DNA of 64,000 nt from the NCBI RefSeq assembly GCF_035594765.1, contig NC_085845.1:169462897-169526896 (forward strand), read 5' to 3'. Both the position numbers and the translations under genes were made by a program. Below, one piece after another: positions 9,302-23,600 of this stretch. The notes below the pieces were generated by a model. That model was not told the DNA's origin, did no database searches, and saw nothing but the letters and a program-made list of their open reading frames with translations. Origin of the DNA: Anolis carolinensis. Lineage: Eukaryota. Positions within the stretch are counted from its first letter, which is position 1. Every line of letters begins with the position of its first letter.

Positions 9302-12300
9302 TTCTAGACTCACACATTGGATATACTCATCTTTCTCCTGGGCATCTGTAGGAGGCAGAAGCAAAAACCTTTTGCTAATAATTTATTTAGTGCTATTTAT
9401 TAATTATGCATGTATGGATCTGTCTATGTTTTTATATCTTTATTCTGTAAATCTGGGCACAAGCAATAGATTGGTGTTGCAATTTAGCCAAAATAACTCC
9501 ATAAGGAAGAAACCAAAGTGATGTGAAGAAAAGGGAGAAAACCGGTGGTTTTATGTACTAATTGTGCTGCTGAGAAATCCGTACCCACAAGCACTTCAAA
9601 ATCACAATATTTATGAGGAGAAATTATCTGAGATTACATCAATTCCATGATACGTTTTCATCACTATTCCACAGTTTTACTACTGCTCGTTAAATAAAAC
9701 ATGTTCTATTTTGCTATCTTGCTGTATTGTTGTCAGGGATTCCCATGGGGATTTCCATTCACATTCCTCAGCCCCTGGTTCCCAGAGTCCCCTCATTTCC
9801 ACCAAGTGGGGAACTGGGGTGTACCATGGTTTGGCATTTGTGTGGCTATTCAGAGCACTAGAGGTCTGCCCAAGGCATTCTGTCACTGGGAGAAATACGG
9901 TAAGTATTTGTTGGTAAACTTTCAGGGTGAGTGAGAATAAATTGAGGCACCCACCATAAATTCAAGTGTTGGCCATTTTCTTTCTTTGGATACTTCCTAC
10001 TCTCCCTATGTTCAATTGTTTGATTTCGTTTGGTTTTACATTATCATGATGTCTGTTAGCCACCAGCCAATGCACATTCAATAGTTTGGCAACTTTTGCT
10101 TTGTTTTATGCTTTGTTAATTCAGACACTCTTCTCCACATCCCTATAGTCAGTATCCTATCTGATGTGGGTGGACTTGGGCAAGTTATCTACTTCCTAAA
10201 AGCAGGATGCCCATTTAGGACCTTGGAGTAACATCCTTAATGATCAGCCCAGCTGCAGATTTTTCAAATATAAACATATCCCAACTTTCGTTTACCTATT
10301 TGGTATTTATATGGTTACAAGGCTAAACCTCAATGTTAATTTATTTTGAAACTTCTAATGTGCATATGCTCCTGTCAGAGCCTTTATGATTGACCAATGG
10401 TGCTGCAAATCATGTAGTTTTGTCTACATGCACTATATGTACACACTCTTGTTTCCATTGCTGCTGTTGTAGTTGCAAAATTCTGGTATGGTCTTGGACT
10501 AGGAAGTGATCCATGGGAGTGACACCATGAGTTATCACACTGGATGTCAACAATCCTAGTGCCACCCCTTGGGCACACACCAACCTCACTTGGCAGATGC
10601 AACCTCACACAGGAGTTCACACTGTAATGGGCATCTTATCCCAGCATGGCTACTAGTTCTTCCAACAAGTAGGCTGAAACAGGGATTGATTGGTAGGTAG
10701 GATAACTCATAAGGTGAATCTATGTCAGCATTTCAAGTTAAGATGTAACTAACGCAGAGCTTATTGCAACAAAGGGGGCTTTGTCCTCTGTGCTCGTCCC
10801 CCCTCCCAAACTTCTTCCCTCATACCATTGCCTTTAAGCATATATAGTCTTTTTTTGGTGATATGATTGTGATATCAGTTCAGTTAAAATGTATATCTGG
10901 TTAAGGACAGGCACTGTTGAACCATGGAAAATGAATTTGAAGACATAAGTATTTTTCTATTGTTGGCATCAGAACTTGAAGGAATTTTTCACCAGAAGAA
11001 TGGGTAATGAACGCCGTGTTTATCATGCACTCCATCCAGTAGATCCCTTCCCTTTTCTATTTTACTTTCTCCACAAAAGTGATTAGAATTATCCAAAAAA
11101 TTGACAGCAGACAGCAAACTGAGCTGTCTGCTGTTTCACATTTAACATCAGATGTATTGAACATTTGATGTATGAAATATGTTGGTTACATGGGATCTAA
11201 AAAGTGGGTTCCATGCATTCATGGAAGATTGAAATCTAGAAACAGTTGCTTTCCATGCTGATGAAAAATGACTAAATGGGGCCCGTGTGTTCACATGCAT
11301 TATCCCTCAGCCATTGCAGTGTTCTGCATAATAAATAAATTGACCTTATTACTAAACAATTGTTTGAGGGGGTTGTAGCCTAAATATCCATTGATGGTGG
11401 ACAAAACAGGAAAGGACGATCCTTCCTTCTTCTGCTGTGCACTTGAGGAAAATGCACCCTACCCATCACAGAGGCTATAGTTGGGTGAAGAATATTTTTA
11501 TTGCATCCATAAAAGCTGTTTCTGCATAGACATGACTCTCATTAAGACTGTCTTCATAACTTGATAGGCAACTTGAAGGCCCAGATCCAGGGGAGAGAAG
11601 GGATCATACACTTTCCACATCTTCACATTTTATTACTCTTCCCAATTCTCCTCACTTGTAATTAAATTAAAAATAAACAAGGACAAATGCAGGGATCACA
11701 ATAGCCATTATGGTTGATTTGACCCTCAGAGAAAAAGAGAGAGCTTACACAGAAACCCTTGACGTCACAAGATATAAACACCTTCTTCCAGATGTTTAAT
11801 TGTTAAGAAACAATCGCTGTCACTTCTTCCAAAAGCCTTGTAAGGTAACAAATTATCCTATCTACATTTTACTGTTTCTTTAACTCTGACACATTCCCCA
11901 CTTCCCCATATAAACATCTGTAAAAATGGTGTGTGTATTAGCACTGCATGTGCAAGTGTTATGAAATCAGGGTGTTTTGTACAGTCTATGGCATCTTGGA
12001 ATAGAAGAAATATGGTAACTCTATCAGTGTTTTATTGAAAGAAGCATAAAAGAATTATCACATTATCTTTTATCTGGGTAAGCTTTAAAAGGTGGCTACA
12101 AATCTATTTAAAATAATCTGGCCAGCATACATATTACTGTAAACTGTAAAATGGATTAAAGAAGTTCAAGAAGATTTCTTAAATACATTCTATGGCAACA
12201 TCCTGAAACAATGCTCACAGTAAGCTCTGTGCTGATTAAAATCAACTCTCCTGTTCAATTAGAGGAGTGTAAGGCTTCTCTCACAGCTATGTCATGTTCC

Positions 12301-12460
12301 TTCTGTTGCTACATTTCTTTTGTTACACTTTGGCATCACTCACTCCTCCTGACCTAGGTGATATGACAAATGAGGACAATATCCATCTTTGTTTCAATAT
12401 GAAGTTGGATAATGAATGCTATTTTCCATGCAGCGTAAATATGGAATTCCCCAGAATACT

Positions 12461-12462
<2 letters not shown>

Positions 12463-12520
<58 letters not shown>
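12463..12520. repeat. (CAT)n microsatellite
   Basis: Direct inspection. Confidence 0.95.
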
Positions 12521-12521
<1 letters not shown>

Positions 12522-13074
12522 GTGTACCATTTGCATATTATACAAACTGAGGAACTGGAAGGAAGGAAATTTAACCCAAATTAGCAAATTCCTTTCAAAA
12601 TAAGGTGCAGGGGCTCCATAGGCTTTGTTTTGCTCTAATTCTTATCCAGTGAGAAAGAAAAACAGCAGCTTGGTGAGTGTTGGAAAAGAATGGAAACCAT
12701 GCTGGAGTGGGGACAGAGTAATGAAATTGAAGGCAGCTCTCCTTTCACTAGAGACAAGTTGGACAAAATAGGTGGAGGGTCGAGAACTGCCAACATCCTT
12801 TCTTTGAATGATGGCCCTGATTTTTCCAGTTGAAGGAGAAAATAAGTGAAGCCTTTTAAAAATTTGATAGTGGATGTCAGGATATTGTTTCCCTCAATAT
12901 ATTTTTATTCAGAGCAAGAAAATCCAAAGAAAATTCAAAACATTTTCACCATTTTGTTTCCTGTACTTGTACTTCCTCTAGCAGAGGATTGTTGCTTTGT
13001 TGCGGTGCTAGAACTTGAGCACCTCAATAATGCCACAAGCGAAACCATGAAGGGACACTCAAGATGGGAAGGCC

Positions 13075-14422
13075 ATGTTTAAAATCTTGAAAGAGGATGT
13101 TGTCAAGGTGATGCATGCCATATGCCAGCAAATATGGAAAACACAAGAATGGCCATCAGATTGGAGAAATTCAACTTATATCCCTATATCAAAAAAGGTG
13201 TTGGGAAACACTGAAGAATGCTCAAACTTTTGTGCAGTGGCAGTTATTTCACATGCCAGTAAGATCATGCTCAAGATCCTACACGGCAGATTCCAGCAAT
13301 ACATGGAGCAAGAGTTGCCAGATGTACAGTCTAGGTTTAGAAAATGCAGAGGAATGAGAGACCAAATTGCCAATATCTGCTGGATAATGGAGGAAACCAG
13401 GGAGTTTCAGAAATACATATATTTCTGTTTTATTTACTATTCTAAAGCTTTTGACTGTATGGATCATAATAAATTGTGGCAAGTTCTTGGTGGTATGGGG
13501 ATACCAAGTCACCTTGTCTGTCTCCTGAGGAATCTGTATAACAACCAAGTAGCAACAGTAAGAACAAACCACAGAACAACAGACTGGTTGAAGATTGGGA
13601 AAGGAGTACGGCAGGGCTGTATACTCTCACCTTACCTATTCAACTGATATGCAAAACACATCAGGCAACATGCGCGGCTTGATGTCTCCAAGGCTGGAGT
13701 TAAAATTGCTGAAGGAAACATTAACAACCTTAGATATGCAGATGATACCACTTTGATGGCTGAAAGCAAGGAGGGGTTGAGGAGCCTTATATCCAAGGTG
13801 AAAGAAAAAAGTGCCAAAGCTGGGTTGCAGTTAAACATAAAAAAACAGAATTATAGCAATTAGACTGATTGATAATTGGAAAATAGAGGGAGAAGATGTT
13901 TACTTCTTGGGAGGAGAGCAATGACCAACCTCGCTAAAATAGTGAAGAGTAGAGACATCACACTGCAACGAAGATCCTCATAATTAAAGTAATGGCATTC
14001 CCTGTAGTAATCTATGTATGCGAGAGCTGGACCATAAGGAAGGCTGAGCAAAGGAAGATAAACGCTTTTGAACTGTGGTGTTGGAGGAAAATTCTGAGAG
14101 TGCCTTGGACTGCAAGAAGATCCAACCAGTCCATCCTCCAGGAAATAATGCCCAACTGCTCAAGGATATTAGAGGCAAAGATGAAGTACTTTGACCACAT
14201 AATGAGAAGACAGGAAAGCTCGGAGAAGATAATGATGTTGGGGAAAATGGAAGGAAAAAGGAAGAGGGGCCGACCAAGGGCAAGATGGATGGATGTTATT
14301 CTTGAAGTGAGTGGCTTGAGCTTGAAGGAGCTGGGGGTGGCCACGACTGACAGGGAGCTCTGGCGTGGGCTTTTCCATAGGTCACGAAGAGTCGGAAGAG
14401 ACTGAACGAATAAACAACAAAA
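13075..14422 (+). mobile_element. BovB (RTE clade) LINE, 5'-truncated, disrupted RT
   Basis: ORF pieces FKILKEDVVKVMHAICQQIWKTQEWP..GVRQGCILSPYLFN, YADD at ~13735, CESWTIRKAE..ELWCWRKILRVPWTARRSNQSIL; 3' tail CTGAACGAATAAACAACAA; stops, frameshifts and an internal deletion near 13900. Confidence 0.92.
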
Positions 14423-14449
14423 CATGTACCTCTCAGCTTATTTCAGATA

Positions 14450-14628
14450 TTATCTAGGAATGGCACACATCTGGAATGGCACTGGATTGACAGTTATGGC
14501 ATATACTCTTTCATCTGTAGGTCTGGGAGAGTTTTTGGGGCTGCACAAGGTGAAATGTTGCAATATGCTAGTGAAGAAGATGAAGAGCTCAGCTTTTGCC
14601 AATTGTTCTCCTGGGCAGGCATGGCGAC
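14450..14628 (-). CDS. CYP2D: CYP2D gene B exon 9 (heme Cys)
   Basis: [34 protein letters not shown]. Confidence 0.92.
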
Positions 14629-17600
14629 CTATGGAAAGAAGAAGGGAAATGTTTTGTGCAGGAGAAAACAAGTGAGAATACCACTGAATGCATGTCTCTT
14701 GTTCTATTAGTTCTCACCTAAGAAATATATAGAAATACAGCCTGGTGTGGTGGTTTTCATCAAGGGCTACTTTAGCCTTATGGTTACCTTCAAAGGGCCC
14801 TTGGATCCATGGATGGAAAATCCATTGATACAGAGTGTCAAATATAATTTTTTTCACACAGTGATCCATGCCCTTTCATTTTTCATCCAGTTTGGGTCCC
14901 CAGATGTTACTGAATGACAACTAAAATCATTTCAGATTATCTGCCATGTGAATTAAATTAAATCTCCACAATCCTGACTAAATAGAATAAACGGCAGCCT
15001 TCTAGATCATGCTGTATCACAAATCACATCAGCTCTAGTCATGATGTCTAATGATGCCAGGAGGGCCACATTAAATGACAGATTCAGCCTGAAGGCCTTG
15101 AATTTGATACATGTGGTCTAGGACACTGGGAAACCAGGGTTCAAATCCCCTCTGGGCCATGGGGACCCACTGAGTGACTTTGAGCAGGTCACATTCACTC
15201 AGCCTCAGAGGAAGACAAGGCCAACCACCCTGAACAAATTCTGCCAGCTTACTAGAACCCCGTGATCAATCTGTCATAAGGTAGAAATGATTTGAAGGCA
15301 TACAACGCAACAGGGACTACAGAGCTTCTTTCAGAAGAGTGAAAATACAAATTAGAATTAAACTCATATTATTTTCATCCTGTGCTAAGCTTGTTAAGTA
15401 CAGGTCATTGCTGGATTGAGTTCAGACTCAGATCAGAGAATCTTAGAAGTGGAAGAAAATGTCAGGACCACACTGGTAATACTGGCAGAATGCAATTCAA
15501 TTGTGTACTTTTTATATGAGGATGCTTGCATCTACATTATGCTTTCTTTTCTCAAGAAAACGGATTTTGACAAATATTATTCTTGATTTTCTACATTTTA
15601 CAAAATTGACAACTGATGCTTTTAAGGTATCTTCATCCTTCTTTTAAATTTACCTATAGAAAAAGGCAGGAAGGCCTCTCGCTTGACAAGCTGCCCATTT
15701 GCATCCAGAAAGTTCTCTGGGTAAAATTCATGTGGTTTCTCCCACACAGTTTCATCCTTCAGCACAGAAGACAAATTAGTGAAGACAATGGTATCCTAAT
15801 ATGAGACAGAAACAAAGATGTTTACAATTCTGTGGTTACATTGATGTTACCTGACACTTCCTTTATCACTATTTAACATGATGACAATAATAAATAATAA
15901 TATGCAGAGCTTTAATAAAAAGATTGTTTGGTTTTCTGTACACCAGAGAGCTTATGGAGATACTTGTGGTCATCTTGGTCAGCAATCAGTGAAGTGAGTA
16001 AAGGCATCATTTTGATGAGAGGATGTTAGAGAGTCTTGCATAGTAAGCTGGCATCTGATTTATATCACTAGGGCATGGCACTTTCTCTGAACCAGTCCAA
16101 CTGCTCATATGGACTTATCAGATGGCTTTCATCTGTTTCTGTGCACTTCAAAGACAATTCAAACACGGACTCCCACAGAGCCTGTCAAAAGACATAGGAC
16201 TACTTTTGGTTGTTGCTTGTCTCTGCAGTGTGGGAGGATTTCAAGCTGGGTACAAAATGACTCCAGTCCATTGCATGCATGTAGAAATGCCTAAAAATTG
16301 GTATCTGCCTGCGGGATAGGATGTGGTTGATTTCTCTGTTAAACTGGATTTTATGACGTGCTCCTCCATAATACGTCTGTGCATTCGTGGTTTAAAGACA
16401 TTGAAAAAAGTGTTTAAAAAATGTTCTGGTCTCTTCTAGAGCAGTGGTTGCCAACCTTTTTTTGACCAGGGACTACTTTAGCAGGGACCACTTGACCAGG
16501 GACTACATTCCAACTTTAGTACCAAAAGGGTTATGAATCAGTTTTTGGTCAGCTTTAGATTCGGTTTGGCTATTTGGACTGCTGATTCAGAAAATTGGAT
16601 TGGATAGACCACATCAGCTCTAGTTTCTGATACAGAACATATGCCATTCAGTAGCCGCCACCTGTTCGCCCACAGAAAACCATATTTAATAATATAAGGC
16701 TGATGTGGTAGTAGTAATCTTTCGGTGGTAGTCAGTGTCTCCCCTCCTGACATCCCCGTTGCCTTGGCACTATAAGAGAGTTTGGCAAGACCATTTGCTC
16801 TCGTTGCTGCAAGGTTTCGAGGCAATGAAGTAGTAATGGTGAGACCACAGACCATATTTTCATTCTTGTGGACCACTGGTGGTCCACGGATCACAGGTTG
16901 GGAACCACTGCTCTAGAGACAGGCCACCATATTCAAAGGAGTGGTAAGTGGAGAAAAAATTCCATTGAAATGAGTATTAAAAGTGGAGGAATTCAAAGGA
17001 GGAAAGATCATGGCAAAAGGAGCTAAAACTGTGCTGGTCTACTCAAGAGAAGGAATTCAAAGTGAAGAGGGGAAGATCCCATTGAGAGAAATGCTTTATA
17101 ACTGTGACATGGGAGGAGACATTGCTAGCCTGTGTGGTGGGAAATTCAGAGGATGATTGAGCTAGAAATGGGAGGAGGCGATCCTGTGTGATGGTGGAGA
17201 GTAAATTCCCCATCTTCTTTAAACATCATGCAAATAAGACAATTTCACCCGCTTTCATCCCCAAATGGGATGAAGCCCTGTGTCGTGGTTTACTCCAGTT
17301 TCTTGGGGAAAATTCAGAGTAAGCCAAGACTTTCGTTGATATGGCTCAAGCTGCTAAACACAGCCTTGGCCCATATTATTCTGAATGAGCTTGGTGGGTC
17401 ATGCAGCTGCAAAAGAGTTGATTTTTTTCTTCTACAAGCTGAACGTATCCAGTTCTTTAAAGCCACTCCCCATAGGGCATGGCTTCCAAATATTTCACCA
17501 ACTTGATTGTTTCCTAGACATGTTCCAGCTTGTGAATATAATACTATCCCTGCAGTGTTCAGAACTAGACACAATATTCCAGACCGAGGTAGACGATTAC

Positions 17601-20600
17601 TTCCCTCAGTCCAACACTTTATTGCTGAAGATGCAGCCAACAATCACATTGATATTGCTGGCTGCCACATCACACTGCTGACTCATGTTGAACTTGTGGT
17701 CAAATGTGAACTAACAGCCTAAGTCAGCCCCTAACTTTTCCCCCTCAGGTTGTTAGGAATTTTTGGAGATGAAGTCCAAAACACCTGGAGGGCCCAAGTT
17801 TGCCCATGCCTGAGATAACTCCAAGGACAGAGGAGACTTTGCTTCAAGTATAAAAACCAAGAAAGAAAAAACACAGAAATTGATTAAGCAAAGACTATCT
17901 TCATAGCAATCTAACATCCCTCTTTAGGGATTTTTAACCAGGAGTTTGATAGAATTTGGAATTTAAACCTTTTCATTATTTATAAAAGTCTTTGTTGACT
18001 ATCGCTATATAAGAATCAACTCTGTACCCTGTGAGGCCAGTGCACCATTTAAAAAGATAGCTTGCGAGGGCAGAAAAATTGTAATCAATCTTTTTGCAAT
18101 TGATGCATAAAATAGCATATATTCCAAGAAGACTTCGAGCCAGTTTTCAAAATATAGTATGCCAGTGAATCTATTGATTCTGGTTCTGGCTTATTTAGAG
18201 TATCAAGCTGTGACACATGACCAATCAAATTCTGATTTAATAAATATTTGTTGCATAAAATAGATATATTTGGGACTGTACCTTAGGTATGATGAACTTG
18301 CCAATTTCAGTATCTTTTTGTGCCACATAAGGAATCGTATATGGTGCAATATCCGCCCAACGCTGGATTTCATAGATAACAGCAGTAGTATAAGGCATAT
18401 TTGGCTGGTCCTCCATTGTGGGTGATTTTGTTCTGCCGATCACTGCATCGATTTCATCCTGGACTTTTTCTGCAAATGTTAATTAATTTAAAACAATTAC
18501 ACTGTGATCCTATTCTCCATGAGATGGGTTCAAGGCCTATAGAACATACTAGATCTCACATTTGAGAGAAATATGTAGGATTTCACTATTAATATGTAGC
18601 AAATCTTTCCCATCCTTCCTCCAATAAGTATCTTAGTATGGTATTCTTAGTCATATTTGTCACCAAAGACGTAAACACTTCGGGCAGCAGTAAATGCGTA
18701 AGTGCTGGAAAATAATTTTCCCCCAAACATCCACTGATTGCTCCTAGTTATTTCAGTAAAGTGGAATAGGAGGTGGGACAGTAAGGACTGTCCCTTGCCT
18801 CAAACGTCATTTAGTCTACAAAAGGAGCCCCCGGTGGCACAATGGGTTGGAGCCTTGTGCCGGCAGGACTACTGACTGAAAGGTTGGCAGTTTGAATCCA
18901 GGGAGCGGGGTGAGCTCCCGTTTGTCAGCTCCAGCGCCTCATGCGGGGACATGAGAGAAGCCTCTCACAGGATGGTAAAGCATCCAGATGTCCTATGGGC
19001 AATGTCCTTGCAGATGGCCAATTACAGTTTCTCAAGTCACTCCTGACATGAAAAATGTCTAAAAAAGCTATTGTCTTACAATGTAAACTAAATGAAGTTT
19101 AAGAGCCCAACATATTCTCTGAAATGTCATGACTGTTCCCAGTCACTCCGCTCAGCTGGATCCAATGAAACTGGAAATTTTTATTTATTTATTTTTTTAC
19201 AATATTTATATTCTGCCCTTCTCACCCCAAAGGGGACTCAGGGCAAATCACAATGTACATATACATGGCAAACATTCAATGCCATTAGATATACAACATA
19301 CAGACAGAGACACATAGGCTATTTAACATTTTCCAGCTTCCGGCTTCATGAGGGTATGCTCGATTCCGGCCACAGGGGAGCTGCTGCTTCATTATCCACT
19401 GTGACTCTGAGTCCTTGATGGAGTACTTCCTCATTCTTCCACACCCACGATGCTGGATGTTTTAATGGTGACGTAAATTAGTTAAATTAGCCTCCCCGCA
19501 TAAGCGATCCTTAAATTTTCTTTTGGGTTGCTTAGGTAAACAATGAGCTAGGCTATTTAATGGTTGGGCACTCAATCCGACCTGGGCTGGTTTCGAACTC
19601 ATGAGCTCTCGGTCAGTAGTGATTTATTGCAGCTGGCTACTAACCAGCCGCACCACAGCCCAGCCCTGGATTTATATGGGTTCATAATTAATTAACTAAA
19701 CCTGTTGGTGCCATTGTCCATGGAATGCTGCCATAAGGACACCACGAGAAAGCATAAAGTCAGAAACCACTGGATAATAAAAAAGAAAAAAGTTTTTTTA
19801 AAAAAATTCAAGAAAATGTCTGGACAAAGAAAACATGGGTTGAACATATTCCAGTAATATTCAATATTGTTTGAGGCATTTATCTTGGTCAGAGGGGAAA
19901 TTCTGTAACAGCCTATTTAGAAAGGAAAGATTTTAAATTAGGCTCGATAACAAAGCTTATAAAATTTGTAGTCTAACTACAGCTAAACTATTTATTTATG
20001 TATTTATTGAGACGTATACTCTGATGTTCATTATAGAATCATAGAATCATAGAATAGTAGAGTTGGAAGAGACCACATGGGCCATCCAGTCCAACCCCCT
20101 GCTAAGAAGCAGGAAATCGCATTCAAAGCACCCCCGACAGATGGCCATCCAGCCTCTGCTTAAAAGCCTCCAAAGAAGGAGCCTCCACCACGGCCCCGGG
20201 GAGAGAGTTCCACTGTCGAACAGCCCTCACAGTGAGGAAGTTCTTCCTGATGTTCAGGTGGAATCTCCTTTCCTGTAGTTTGAAGCCATTGTTCCGTGTC
20301 CTAGTCTGCAGGGCAGCAGAAAACAAGCTTGCTCCCTCCTCCCTATGACTTCCCTTCACGTATTTGTACATGGCTATCATGTCTCCTCTCAGCCTTCTCT
20401 TCTGCAGGCTAAACATGCCCAGCTCTTTAAGCCGCTCCTCATAGGGCTTGTTCTCCAGACCCTTAAATAAGACCCTTAAATAAGGTCCATAAATTATGCA
20501 AATAAGGTCCTTATTGCACGTGGGGGGCAAACTGGCATTGAAGCAGGTCCATCATCTTTGGTTTTGACCCCCATTGCGTGCCACTGTACACATTTTTATT

Positions 20601-23600
20601 TAATATTTTACAGTAATATTTGCTGTTTCCTCAAATTAACAATCGCTGAAAGTGCAAAATTGACATTATTTTCAAAATTAAAAAATTACAGAGAAGGTGA
20701 AGTTATGAGGGATTGCAGAAGAATTATTATGTGAGCACAAATCAGTCCAATTGCCCAAATGGAGAGAGGTGTTATACTTGCAAGTATGTTTCTGGCATCA
20801 GAGATAGCATAACTACATTGGAATAATGGCTTCGTGTGATAAAGTCCTAATTCCCTTCATGAAAAAGGTAAAGGTTTTCCCCTGACATTAAGTCCAGTTG
20901 TGTCCAACTCGGGGGGGGGGGGGGTTGATGCTCATCTCCATTTCTAAGTCGAAGAGCTGGCATTGTCCAAGGTCATGTGGCCGGCATGACTGCATGGAGC
21001 ACCGTTACCTTCCCACAACACCTATTGATGTACTCACATTTGCATGTTTTCGAACTGCTAGGTTGGCAGCAGCTGGGGCTAACAGTGGGAGCTCACCCCG
21101 CTCCCCAAATTCGAACCTGCAACCTTTCGGTCCGCAAGTTCAGCAGCTCAGCGCTTTAATCCGCTGCACCACCAGGGGCTCCTCCCTTCATGAACTTCTT
21201 TTTTTATCAATTAATTTTTATTGCTTTTCAAGTGCTATTTACAACGAAAGCTAGGAAAACAATGCAGTGGAGAATAAAGTTGAGTGAGTGAAAGCTAGTA
21301 ATAAAGCATATAAGATTAAGTAAGAAACAAGATTTAACAAAAATGGAAAAAATAAATAAATAAAAAAAACAGGTCCTATTGACCTCTTGAGAAGTTTTGT
21401 GATTCACATCTTCAATGTCCATTTTAATGTCCAGTTGAATTTTCCTGATTGTTTATCTGTCATATCTCTGAAAGATCAATAATGAATGTGTTTCCACTCT
21501 TTTGAATAAAGTCTCTGAAGCTTGACCAGTCCGTTTTCTTTTTTGCGTCTCTTAACTTCTGTGTTAAAATTTCCATTTTTATCAGATCTAATAGTTTTTA
21601 AATCCATTCATTCATGGAGGGTATCTTGTTTTGTTTCCAAACTTTAGCTAGTACTATCCTAGTTGCTGTGCCCATTAGGAAGAGCATATTATCCTGATTT
21701 TTGTTCAGTTCCCTTCATGAACTTCTGATTTAATTCACTTATATACCTTTTCTAGCCATAGCATCCATCCTATTCTTATGCCATAACAGCCAAATTACTC
21801 AAAAGCAGAGAAAATTTATTCTGGTGGTGGTCATTTCATTAGACCACACTGATAGATAATGCTACTTCAGACATGAAACTTGAAATCACCTGCACCAAAA
21901 TAGTAAAATCATCACCACCAAAATAATTTTTAAAATGCTCTGATATAAAGTTCCATGGATGGAAACCTCAAAGTTTCCAAGAAGGTCACATAGACAAAGT
22001 GAATGCCTTGGTAGTCTACTAGAGCCTACATTTTCCTCAGTGACGTTTACTTACTCTGGATGTCAGGATGAAGGATCATGCAGAGAAGTCCCCAGCGCAT
22101 GGTGGCCGCTGTGGTTTCAACGCCAACCCCAAGCATCTCACACAGAAGAACAACCAGGTTTGGTTCATTGAAGCTGCTCTCAGGATTCCCTTTAGCCTAG
22201 AGGAAATTAAACAAATCAGCAAAGTGTGTTTAAATGGCACGTGTGTTTATTTGTGCGATAATGCTGCATGTTACTTGTCATTACAAAATGCACTGGGGCA
22301 AAGAAAAGGCACTGGGAAAACAAAAACTATTATTTTTTGTATTGAAACATTACAATGAGTACATAAGCAGACCTTAGAAGCATTTGTTTGAAGACTAACA
22401 CATTTACATTGAACTGAGACATGTTATCATTAGCCATTTAATTAATAATTACACATTGTGGTATATGCAGAGCTTAGAAAAAGAATCATTTTAGAAGTTC
22501 AGTTGCTGTGTGTTTTTCAGGCTATGGGGTCATGTTCCAGTAGCATTCTCTCCTGACATTTCACCTGCATCTGTGGCTGGCATCTTCAGAGGTCTGCTAG
22601 AGGTGAGGCAAACGGAGTTTTAGTAGTTATTATTTTAATGGAACAGCGCCATCTAGTAGCAGAGATGCTACTTGTGTGGAAAACATTATATTTTAATAAT
22701 TCTAACAAGTTGAATAATATTTTGTGTGACTTTAGCTTTTTTTGGGGGGGGGAGCAATTTGGGATGGCTTAAGTGGATCACTTTTTTTAAAATCATGAAA
22801 ATTACTAAAACATTACTCAACCTGTTGTAATTATTGTTGTTAGAATGATTTAAAATAATGCTTTGTACACAAGTAGCATCTTCGCTACTAGATGGCACTG
22901 TTCTATTAAAACAATAGGTAAAGGTAAAGGTTTCCCCTGACGTTAAGTCCAGTCATGTCTGACTCTGGGGGTTGGTGCTCATCTCCATTTTTAAGCCGAA
23001 GATCTGGCATTGTCCATAGACACCTCTAAGGTCATGTAGCCGGCATGACTGCATGGAGCGCCGTTACCTTCCCGCTGGAGCAGTACCTATTGATCTACTC
23101 ACATTTGCATGTTTTTGAACTGCTAGATTGGCAGGAGCTGGGGCTAATAGCGGCTTGAACCTGGGATCTTTCGGTCAGCAGCTCAGTGCTTTAACACACT
23201 TTGCCACTGGGGCTCCTTTCAAAGGGTAGCATTATATAAAAATGACTGTTTTGCGCTGTACTGAATTTCAGCTTACTTTGATGGGATACAGCAAGCTGAC
23301 ATCACTATCAGCTGATTGAATAAATACCTTGGTGAGATTTATTCTGGAACATTGGCTTCTTTGTCAGGCTCTGCCTAGTGGCCTGGATCTCCCTACCCAT
23401 GACCGCTCTACATTGCTCTATTTCAGTACTATGGTCAACCTCCGCTGGAAGTCAACGGGAGGACTGAGAGGGATACTCTCAGGTTTTAAAAAGTGTGATT
23501 TTATTAACAATTATTCCACTTTCATGTGGGCTGCATCCCAATCTACTGTGAAAGTGGAGGGACTGCTGTTTGTTCCTTTAAACCTGACACAGTGGATGTT

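Noticed and set aside
12294-12584. ORF with a long poly-His run
   Set aside because: Translation of a (CAT)n microsatellite.
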